Below are positions 47,548-56,408 of a stretch of DNA of 56,408 bases, piece by piece; the first letter of the stretch is position 1, and each line of letters begins with the position of its first letter. Source of the stretch: Guillardia theta CCMP2712 (Eukaryota; Protista; Cryptophyta). The stretch covers positions 1 through 56,408 of the forward strand of contig NW_005434593.1 in the NCBI RefSeq assembly GCF_000315625.1, in the 5' to 3' direction. The notes beneath the pieces are model-generated. The model ran no database searches and was not told the DNA's origin. It worked only from the letters and a program-made list of their open reading frames with translations. The translations under genes were made by a program, and so were the position numbers.

Positions 47548-49328
47548 TCACAGACCATATCTTGCATGATCGATCGACGACATGGTCGCGTTTGCCTGCT
47601 CGCTGATCACTAGCTGTCTCCTCCCGCCCTCCCTCACCTCCTCCTGCGCTTCTTCTCCCCACGCCAAGTGAGTTTGCGCTATCACTGTCCTCACCTCCTC
47701 CTCACTGGCTCCTGCTCGCAGCGCTCCTCGGATGTGACTGGGCTCGTCAGCCTCTGCTGAAGCAGACCACCCGCACCCCCGCCAACACAAACAAACACAC
47801 ACACACCCTTCCCTCCTCCTCCTCCTCCTCCTCCTTCTCCTCCTCCTTCTCCTCCTCCTCACGGTAGTTCACCTGTTTAGCTGCGGTGCGACTTGCTGAC
47901 CAGCAAGGATGGCGACGACGCAACTGAAGAAGGAGAGGAACAAGTGAGGGGAAGAGACGAGGGGGGGGACACGAACAGTTCTCGCAGGCGGAGGGAGAGA
48001 GTCGGGCGAGAAAGGACCGCGCCGTAACCATGTTCAATCTGAGCAGAGTGAGGGGAGGAGGAGGGAAGAACAAGGGAGCAGCTGAGAAAAGAGGTGAGAG
48101 GGAGAAGGAGAACGAAGGACGAAGAAGACCGGTGAGAGGACAGGACAACACTGCAAGGAGGGAGAAAAGAGGCGGAATAGGAACCATCATGGCATCTAGG
48201 ATGGGATGAAGCTGCTTCATCTGCTGCCTCAGTTTGTCGTATCCTCTCCCGTAGATCGTCTCGCAGGTCTTCTCGCCTGACTCCTGCCACCTGACCCCCA
48301 GCTGAGCCTCAGCTCGAGGAGGCAGCTGGTCCCCACCTGGTCGAGTCTGTGTGCTGCTTCCAATTCTCTGCTCCTTCCCGAACGCCGATCTACACGCGAT
48401 GAGAAGAGAGGGGAGGAGAGCAGGAGCAGAAGCAGAAGTAGAAGGAGCAGAAGGAGCAGCAGAAAAAGGAGCAGAAGGTGATAAATCTTACACGTCGAAC
48501 AGTCGCGAGTGCGTTGATGGTACGAGGGAAACCAGCAAACAAGTGAGTTTGAAGCAGAACCTGACGCAACCAAATGACTTGAAAGTCATAGAAGCCTTTC
48601 CTTCTCCTCCCTCCTTCTCCTTCCCGCTACCCTTCCGATCTTCCATTCCATCTGTGACTCGCTCTTGGCTCCTCACGACTATCCTTCATCTCTCCTTCTC
48701 CTTCCTCGCTCCTCTCGCTCATCCTCGGATGTTTCCTCCTTACTGGTCGCAGCTCTCGAACTTTCTGTCTCCTCTCACCTCCATCCCCTCCTCGTGCTTC
48801 TCCTCAGGAAGATGACTCCAGTCTCTCGCTACATCCGCAAGCCGACCTGAGAAAGATGACGAGGGGAAAGTGCACAAGAGGTGAGAGGAAGAAGAGGAAG
48901 CAACAGAACAGGGGAGGAAGAGAGGATGAAGGGTTGAAGGAGCATCACCAGCGGCTGCATTGGCAGATAGAAACGTGAGGATCTGGGGAGGGATGAGAAG
49001 AAGAAGCAGCAAGAGGAGGAGATGATTCCCTCTCTTCAGGCAAGAAAGATGTCGGGGATGACACCATTGACAACCAGGGATGGTCACGACAAGAACAGAA
49101 CAGACGAACTGAAAGATTGCAATAATTAACGATGTGACTCGTCCAGCCCTTCCTCCTCTTCCCCTTCCATCCCCTCCCTCCCTCCCTCCCTCCCTCCCTC
49201 CCGCCCTCCCTCCCTCTGTCCCTCCCTCCCTCCCTCCCTCCCTCCCTCCCTCCTCCTTCACCTCTCATCCTGCTCATGCTGGTCGCCCTCGACGCCCAGC
49301 TCGTGGCCGACCTGATGGCCGAAGCCAT
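47548..49328 (-). CDS. Carboxymuconolactone decarboxylase / AhpD-like family protein with a possible organellar presequence
   Basis: Spliced reading: GEKTCETIYGRGYDKLRQQMKQLHPILDAMM|IEHGYGAVLSRPTLSLRLRELFV|...SHIRGALRAGASEEEVRTVIAQ, matching the CMD pattern YGxVxSRPxLxxRxREL...HxRGALRxGAxxEE. The N-terminus MASAIRSATSWASRATSMSRMR is S/R/A-rich. Confidence 0.85.
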
Positions 49329-49994
49329 GGATTCACGACCTTGTGATATCGGACCTGTGTAGCTAGTTGGCCCGGTGCAGCCCGACGGAAGCTCACTCTC
49401 AGTGCCAGTGACGGCCCGGGCCGGGATCAGTGTCCCCGGGCCCCGGTCACCATCCGGCTCGATGTTGAAGAGGCCAGACGGGGCCGCGTGATGACTCTAG
49501 TACGGCTTTTACTACTGCAGTGACGCTGATGCGTCGTGACCTCGCGGCTCAGCGATGATCGGATGACAGTCAAACCAAGAAGACCTAAAGCCCAATCAGA
49601 CGATCTCGAACGATCTGACTGCTGTCAATGTACCTGCCATGTAACTTGTGTGTGGTAAAGGCTGGCTTTTTACTACCAGAGCCTACTCGGGCCGTGGAAG
49701 GATCCTGACCTCAATGTTTCTTGGTTACACATGAAGTAAATATGGTACCTTACGACGCCTCGTTCAATCACATCACGTTACTGCTGACAAGGCTTTGACT
49801 CCTTCCTCTTTCTTCTTGCCCCTCTGCGACTATCGCCTCAACTTTCCTTCCTCAACTTACCTCCTCCTCCTCTTCGTTGATCGTTCTTCTACCCTACAAC
49901 TCACCGCCACCTCCTCCTCCTCCTCCTCCTCCTCCTCAACTCCTTCGCATCTACCTCTACCCCTCTCCTCTTCTTCTGTTTTATCGGCGACGCA

Positions 49995-50546
49995 ATGTCG
50001 CACATGCAGGACGTTACATCCTCGTCGCCTCCTACCGCAAGCGCTGAAGGTTTTGAGCTCGCCGAGCGGAACCTCGACTTGGCAGCGACAGGGGGGCCGG
50101 AAGCGGATGAGGCAGGAGACCTGGCCGATCTCTTCTTCCTTGGACGCGACTCGAGAACCGGCAAGCCCCTTGAGCCTTCCACCGACCCCGCGCGTCCTCG
50201 CGCCGACGGGGAGAAAGAAGCAGAGAACGCTGCTCCGTCTCAAGCTGACTGCACACTGAAGCCCATGCAACTTGATGAGCCTAAGGAGCAGGAGCAAGAC
50301 GTTCACGACCTCGAGCAGGAGAGGGTCGAGGAGAGAAGCAGAGTGGACAACATTGAGTTAAAGAGAAGGAGAACCTGTAAAATCGGTTGGGAGAAGTTCA
50401 AACGCAAGTCTCTTCGCATCATCTGTGAAGGGAAACCAGGAACTTTGCTCAACAACATCCTCGTTGCCATTGACAAGGCAGGGCAGGTGAGAGGGGAGCA
50501 AGGGAAGGCGGGGGGACACGTTTGAACTAGGCACAGGCGAGATAGG
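49995..50546 (+). CDS. Hypothetical protein
   Basis: Non-repetitive ORF of ~164 codons up to a CAG|GTGAG donor at ~50486; no recognised motif. Confidence 0.5.
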
Positions 50547-50657
50547 CAGTGTAATAAACATGATCCACGTGCTCAAGCATTCACTCCCCTCACTAGCTCC
50601 ACCTCCTCCCCTGAGTCGCTGCTGTCGCTGTCGACAAGCGTGAAACGCCTGTTCCAG

Positions 50658-52019
50658 TCAAGAGGTCAGAGGAACAAGCAAGGCTCCTCGCTGTCGTGAC
50701 CGCATGCCCGGAGGTTCGTCGGGGCTCTCCTTGTCTCTCACTGCCATCTTCAGGCTCCTCTTTCGGTCCTTCACCTGCGCCTCCTTCACTCCCAGCAGCT
50801 CCCGCGCAGACTCACCTCGTCGGCGAAGATGCGGTACTTGTGGAAGCGACGGCGAACTTTGATGAAGCACACAACCGCGAAGGTGCCAGCGACGAGAACC
50901 AACGTGGAGGCGAGGAAGGCGACGACCTGAGGCTGTCAGCTCCTACCTGCTCCTCCCACCCTCCAGCTCACCGTCCACTTGAGTTCGGGGCGATACGACA
51001 CTGACAAAGTGAACTCAGCGCCGTTGCGGTTGACGGCCCGAACACGGATGCACAGCCTGCTGCTCAATCATTCTCCTCGCGCTCCTCCTTCCTCCCTCGC
51101 TCTCCAACCACTCTCTCGCTCTCACGTTTTGTCCTCCCCCATCTTCTGATCAGTCTGATTCTACGCCTCGCCTCGCCTCGCCTCGCCTCGCCTCCTGCTT
51201 CACCTGCCCTCGTGCACCTCGTCTGGCGGAAGCGTCAACACTGATCCCATGCTCGCTCCCAACGTGCGTCCATCGCCATCGCAGCCATTGTAGCTGACGC
51301 TGAGGTTGGAGGAGGTCAGGCCCGCACGCGTCGGCGTGAGCTCACCTCAGCACCAGAGGGCTCTGAGTGCGCACGCGGTCGTCGGTGAGGAGCTTGACGC
51401 GCAGCTCGTGGCCCCTCCTGGGCTCGGAGATCTGAACCCACAGCACCTTGCTCTGCATGCAGCAGACCCTCTCCTTCACCGTCGCTCCCACTCTCACCAG
51501 CCCGTCGCTCAGCTTCGCCACTACAGAGAATTCCTGGGAACCTGCGATGCTTGCGGCTGCGGCTGGGATCTCGACGGAGATGTACCAGGAGCCTCGGAGG
51601 AGGTCGCAAGGGCTGACCTCCACGCTCCTTTCCGTATCGAACTTGTCCTCGCTGTCCCCTGCGTCCAACAGCTTGCGAGGACACGAGCACTCGATGCCGC
51701 CGCAGGGAAGCTGATCGTGACAGAGAGCAAGCACAACGCCCTGCCAGAACCGTTAGGGAGGGAGGAGGGAGGAGGCATGAAGCCTCACCTGCAGCTTCGT
51801 CTCTACCCGCACCGACAGCTTCTTCGTCGCGAGAGCGTTGGAGACAGGGGAGGGGCGACCTTGCTGGTCGCTGACCTTGATCAGGAAGAAGTGCTGTGTC
51901 CCCGACCTGAAGGAGGAGACCAGGGGAATGCCATCCTGCAGCTCTCGGACTGACAAAGCTCGAGAGGTCGGGGGGGGACAAAACCAACAGAGGAAGAGGC
52001 AGAGGCAGAGCAGGCGCAT
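50658..52019 (-). CDS. Type I membrane protein: signal peptide, beta-rich Cys-containing ectodomain, TM, basic tail
   Basis: MRLLCLCLFLCWFC signal; ectodomain ...QHFFLIKV..., ...VSPCDLLRGSWYISVE..., ...NGAEFTLSVSY; TM VVAFLASTLVLVAGTFAVVCFI followed by KVRRRFHKY; ends LLVPLTS*. Confidence 0.75.
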
Positions 52020-52260
52020 GCTCGCAGCCCTCAGACCCCCTAGGGATCAAACTAATGGCTTTGCTGCTACTCTCTTCTCATCGACTCCTCTCCCCCTCTC
52101 TCCCTCTCCCCTCCTCCTGTCTCCCTCTCCTCCTCCCTCCCTCTCCTCCTCCTCTCTCCTGCTTCTCGTCAACTCTGCACTTCATCTGTCTTGTCGTCTC
52201 TTCCCGCCTCTCCTCCTCCCTTCCTTCCCCTGCCCCCGATGCTTTTCTGCATCGTCAGCA

Positions 52261-52415
52261 TGTAGGTAGGGGTAGACCAAGGATCCACTCAGATAAGGTG
52301 GGTAGGGGTACAATGATGGTGGTTGTGGAGGGGTCATTGAAATAGTAAAAATACAGGGTAGGAAATAAAATCGTAGGGTGGGAGGATATATAGGAGGTGG
52401 GTGGGTAGGGGTGGA
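52261..52415. promoter_or_regulatory. GGGTA-motif cluster between the divergent membrane-protein and TTLL genes
   Basis: GGTAGGGGTAG, GGGTAGGGGTAC, AGGGTAGG, GGGTAGGGGTGG. Confidence 0.35.
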
Positions 52416-52464
52416 TGCCAACGGATCTCACATGCGCGCGAGATGAACTGAAAGGAAACTGAAA

Positions 52465-53165
52465 AGAAGAGATGAGATGAGATGAGATGAGATGAGATGA
52501 GAAGAGAAGAGAAGAGATGAGATGAGATGAGAGGAGAGGAGAGGAGAGGAGATGAAATGAGAAGAGAGGAGAGGAGAGGAGATGAGATGAGAAGAGAAGA
52601 GATGAGAAGAGATGAGAAGAGATGAGAAGAGATGAGAAGAGAAGAGAAGAGATGAGATGAGATGAGATGCGATGCGATGAGATGAGAGGAGATGATATGA
52701 TATGAGACGAGATGCGATGAGATGAGAAGAGATGAGACGAGATGCGATGAGATGAGATGAGAGGAGATGAGATGAGATGAGATGTATGGCGACAAGATGA
52801 GATGAGATGAGATGAGATGAGATGAGAAGAGAAGAGAAGAGAAGAGATGAGATGCGATGAGAAGAGACGAGAAGAGAAGGGAAGAGAAGAGAAACGAGAT
52901 GAGATGAGATGAGATGAGGAGATGAGAGGAGAGGAGAGGAGATGAGATGAGATGAGAGGAGAGGAGAGGAGAGGAGATGAGATGAGAAGAGATGAGATGA
53001 GTTGAGATGAGATGAGAAGAGATGAGACGAGACGAGAAGAGCTGAGAAGAGACGAGAAGAGACGAGAAGAGAAGGGAAGAGAAGAGAAACGAGATGAGAT
53101 GAGAAGAGAAGAGAAGAGATAGAAGGGAAGGGAGGGAAGGGAAGGGAAGGGAAGAGAAGAGAAAA
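52465..53165. repeat. Compound pentanucleotide microsatellite (GAGAT/GAGAA/GAGAG)
   Basis: Directly visible. Confidence 0.97.
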
Positions 53166-53366
53166 GAAGCACCAATGAGGAAAGGAGGAGTAGGAGATGA
53201 TTAGGAACAGGGACTGTGGAACAGAAAGGGAAGACTGGCATCAGAAGCTGAGGGAGAGTGAGGGGACAAGTGGACAAGAGGAGACAAGTCAGCAGCTCTG
53301 TAGCCCCCAACCCCATCCACCTTGTTGTCACTCTGATCAGCGTTCCAGGCGCCTAGTCCAGGGTTC

Positions 53367-55677
53367 ATGGAAGTAAGAATGATTGTTGCGGAAGAAGCAG
53401 CAAGCGGCAAGATACGGGAGGAGGAGGAGGTGGAAGAGGAGGAGGAGGAGGATGCCATCAGCTCGCTGGGTCATGATGGTTTCGACTCAGACCCTGATCC
53501 AGCTCCCGAGCAAGACATGGACACGGACGACAACGAGGAGGAGAGAGACATGGCGAGCATGGGAGGAGTCAAGAAGATTTCTTCGAAGACCAGGATGGAG
53601 GAAGCAGGCAGGCAGTCGGCGAGGAGGTGCAGGAGAAGGCAACGTGGCAGGCAAGAGCAAGGAGGTTGGAGCAGGCAGGAGAACAAGTTGACGCGGCGCT
53701 TGTCCCCTTCTCCCTCATTCATGATGTGCGTAAGGAGGAAGAGGCAGCACCGAAGAACAAGTTCTTCTTCAAGATCGACGGCGCCAGCTCTAATTGCGTC
53801 CGCAACGCGTGGAGGAGGGCGGGAGGAGTTCGCACGCAAAAGGGAGGATGGAACGTGTGGTGGGGTCGGCCGCTGAAACAAGAGGAGTACAAGAAGTTGA
53901 ACATGTTCCAGCGCGTCTGCCACTTCCCGGGTACCTTCTTCCTCGGCAGAAAAGACTCGCTCGCCAAGTCGATCGTCGCCTTCAGGTTCCTTCACTCCCC
54001 CTCCTCCTCCTCCCTTCCTCCTCCCTTCCTCCTCCTCTTCCTCCTCCTCCTCCTTCCATCCTCCTCTTTTCGTAATATTCCTTCCCTCTTCGCCATCCTC
54101 CTTGTTTCTCCCTCCTCTCCACCTCCTCTTCTTTCCCTCTTCCTTCCTCTGCTTGCCTCTCCTGGCTCCTCCTCTTTCCTTTCTCTGATCTCTGCAGCAG
54201 AAGATCGCATGGGCAAGCAAGTTTCACTTATCTGCCCAAGACTTACCTTCATCCTGAGGACAGGTACCCTTGCTCTCCCTCCCTCCCTCCCTCCCTCCCT
54301 CCCTCCCTCCCTCCTCCCTCCCTCCCTCCCTCCCTCCCTCTCCTCTCCCTCCTTCTCTTCTCCTCTCCTCTCCCTCCTTCTCTTCTCCTCTCCTCTCCCT
54401 CCTTCTCTTCTCCTCTTCTGATTCCTCAGCATCGCATGTGTCATCGTCTCGTCGCCTCCTCACGGGTCTTGCAGGGAGCGGCTGCTGACGGACAGCAAGG
54501 AGAAGGCGAGCAGGGTCACCTACATCGTGAAGCCGCGCGCGTCGGCGAGGGGGCAGGGGATCAAGTTGGTGAGCCAGCCGGAGAGCCTGGGGGCCTCGAG
54601 CTCTTGTGTGGTGCAGGAGTACATCGACAAGCCGCTGCTCATCGACGGCAGGAAGTTCGACATGCGACTGTACGTGCTCGTGACCTCCTTTGACCCCCTC
54701 CGCCTCTACCTCTACCAGGACGGACTCGCTCGCTTCTGCACGGAGACGTACGATGAGGACGTCAAGGGAAGCAGCGGAGACCTGTTCCGCCACCTCACCA
54801 ACTACTCGGTCAACAAGACTCACGCCTCCTTCCTCGCGCGGGGGCTGAGGACGGGGAGAAACATCCGCTCAAGTGGAGCCTCAAGGCGCTCAAGGAGCAC
54901 CTGGAGGAGCGAGGGGTGGACACGAAGAGCGTGTTCGAGCAGGTTGAGGACCTGATCGTCAAGACGCTGCTGGCGGTGGAGGGGAGGATCAACTCCAAGT
55001 TGCAGCAGCTCGTTCCCTACCGCAACAACTGCTACGAACTCTTCGGCTTCGACGTCATGCTCGACGCCTCCCTGCACCCCTGGCTCATCGAAGTCAACAC
55101 GTCGCCCTCGCTCGCAGCTGACTCGCAGCTGGACAAGCGGATCAAGAACGGGATGGTGGTGGACATGTTCAACATGCTCGGCATCTGCACCTACAGCCGG
55201 CGGAAGCTCAAGGAGCTGCGGGAGCGGAAGGAGAGCTTGGCCTCCCTCGCCTTCTCCTCCCGCCTCCAGCGAGCCTCCGTCACCGACAAGCACCGGCAAG
55301 TCGAAGTCTGCAAGGGGAAGCGAAACCCGCTGGAGGACCTGACGGAGCTGGACGAGGAGATCATAAGGGAGACGGAGGAAGAGCTCGAGCTCGCGGGAGG
55401 CTTCAAGAGACTCTTCCCCTCCCCCTCCTCCGACCGCCTTCGTCGCTTCATGCAGCCTCGCTACAACAACCTCCTCCTCGCCCACTGGTTAGACCGCCAC
55501 GGCTGTCGGGCCCTTGACCGCGTGCTCAAGACACGTAGGAGGAGCTTCAAGGGGGAGGAGGAGGAGGAGAACAGCTGCTCCTCGTCTGCCCCGAAGCGAC
55601 AAGCGCAGAAAGTTCTTCGAATCGTACGAGACAAGGAGGGACGAGGAGCCGCCGTGGCAGCACGGAGAAGACGATGA
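53367..55677 (+). CDS. Tubulin-tyrosine ligase-like (TTLL4/5-type polyglutamylase) with an apparent frameshift near 54840
   Basis: Motifs WNVWWG, RVCHFPGTFFLGRKDSL, YIVKPRASARGQGI, VVQEYIDKPLLIDGRKFDMRLYVLVTSFDPLRLYLYQDGLARF, HLTNYSVNK and CYELFGFDVMLD...PWLIEVNTSPSL. Confidence 0.92.
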
Positions 55678-55744
55678 CGACATAAACCTATTTACTCAGA
55701 TGACTTCACCTCCTCCACCACCTTTGCCTGCTTGCTCTTAGCTG

Positions 55745-56170
55745 ACCCTTGCTTTCCCTTCTCTTCCCATCTCCGTGTGATGCGTCCGAACCCAACGTGC
55801 GAGAGATTCTTCAACCATTCAAAGTAGGAAACCGACACTCGCCAGCATTCATGAGCATGTCGGGGAGAACGATGATGCCCTTCTTTTCTTCTTGAGTAGC
55901 TCTTCAGCATACGGGGTGCCAGGCTCAGCGAAGCCGGCCTCCCTTGCGTCCTCGATACAGCGGCGGGGATCCTCAGTCTCGACGCCATCCTCATCCGGGC
56001 ACAAAACCAAGGCCCGCGACATCCACATCCCTGGGATCTGCGATCGTTACGAGGGCTTGATGGCGGACGTGACGTTGGTCCATCCCTATATTGGTAGCTC
56101 TGTCAACCTGACCAAGTGGTGTTTCCGCCCCAGGCGGGGCCCCGTAAACATTCTTTGTACCTTCTGCCAG
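55745..56170 (+). mobile_element. Degenerate non-LTR retrotransposon fragment (restriction-like endonuclease region)
   Basis: RDIHIPGICDRYEGLMADVTLVHP resembles the RLE pattern R(P)Dx...DVTVxHP. Upstream, a stop-interrupted TCERFFNHSK*ETDTRQHS*AC resembles a decayed CCHC knuckle. Confidence 0.4.
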
Positions 56171-56408
56171 TAAATCTGTAAGCAACTTATCGATGGCGGT
56201 GCTCAGCCAGCGGATGAGGCGTCACGGGCGGTGTCACGTTGGTCTCGGCTACCGCTGACTCGGAGGCTAGCGAGGAGGCCCACCTCGAGCGGTACCGTGT
56301 TCCTGTGTCCAGCCTCCCTCCGTCCGCTGCAGTGCCCCAGGCGGACCCCCGGGCAGCGCCGGCTCCTTGTCGGCGGCTGCCCTTTCTCCGTCCGCGGCCA
56401 CCAGCTTT

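Noticed and set aside
52255-53331. 358 aa SSHLI-repeat ORF
   Set aside because: It is a translation of the pentanucleotide microsatellite.

Overview
Eukaryotic nuclear DNA from a draft assembly with 7 N-gaps. It is GC-rich and gene-dense, and most genes have many short exons separated by GT-AG introns packed with microsatellites (GAG/CTC, CAT/ATG, CAG, GAGAA/GAGAT). This style resembles a cryptophyte alga such as Guillardia or Hanusia (inference only). Most ORF-track entries are artefacts of simple repeats or N-runs. Manual splicing supports these genes: a long coiled-coil protein (-), a SMYD-like SET protein (-), a signal-peptide/LRGG/LOTUS-like/Regnase-type RNase (+), a membrane-anchored collagen-like protein (-) paired divergently with a membrane-anchored coiled-coil protein (+), a Cys-rich + GAT-like protein (-), an acidic chaperone-like protein (+), a RelA/SpoT-like nucleotidyltransferase (+), a coiled-coil protein (-), a QALGGH C2H2 zinc-finger protein (+), a CMD/AhpD-like protein (-), a type I membrane protein (-) and a TTLL glutamylase-like gene with an apparent frameshift (+). 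The most unusual feature is a ~11.5 kb tandem array (20432-31970) of about six ~2.0 kb units. Each unit carries a divergent pair of small orphan ORFs (103 aa soluble, 109 aa single-TM) that have no indels between copies, while the spacers have indels and show mosaicism. Also notable are GGGTA/TACCC-rich islands upstream of gene starts, a 13/14-bp variant minisatellite and a degenerate non-LTR retroelement fragment. Exon boundaries were read by eye and are approximate.
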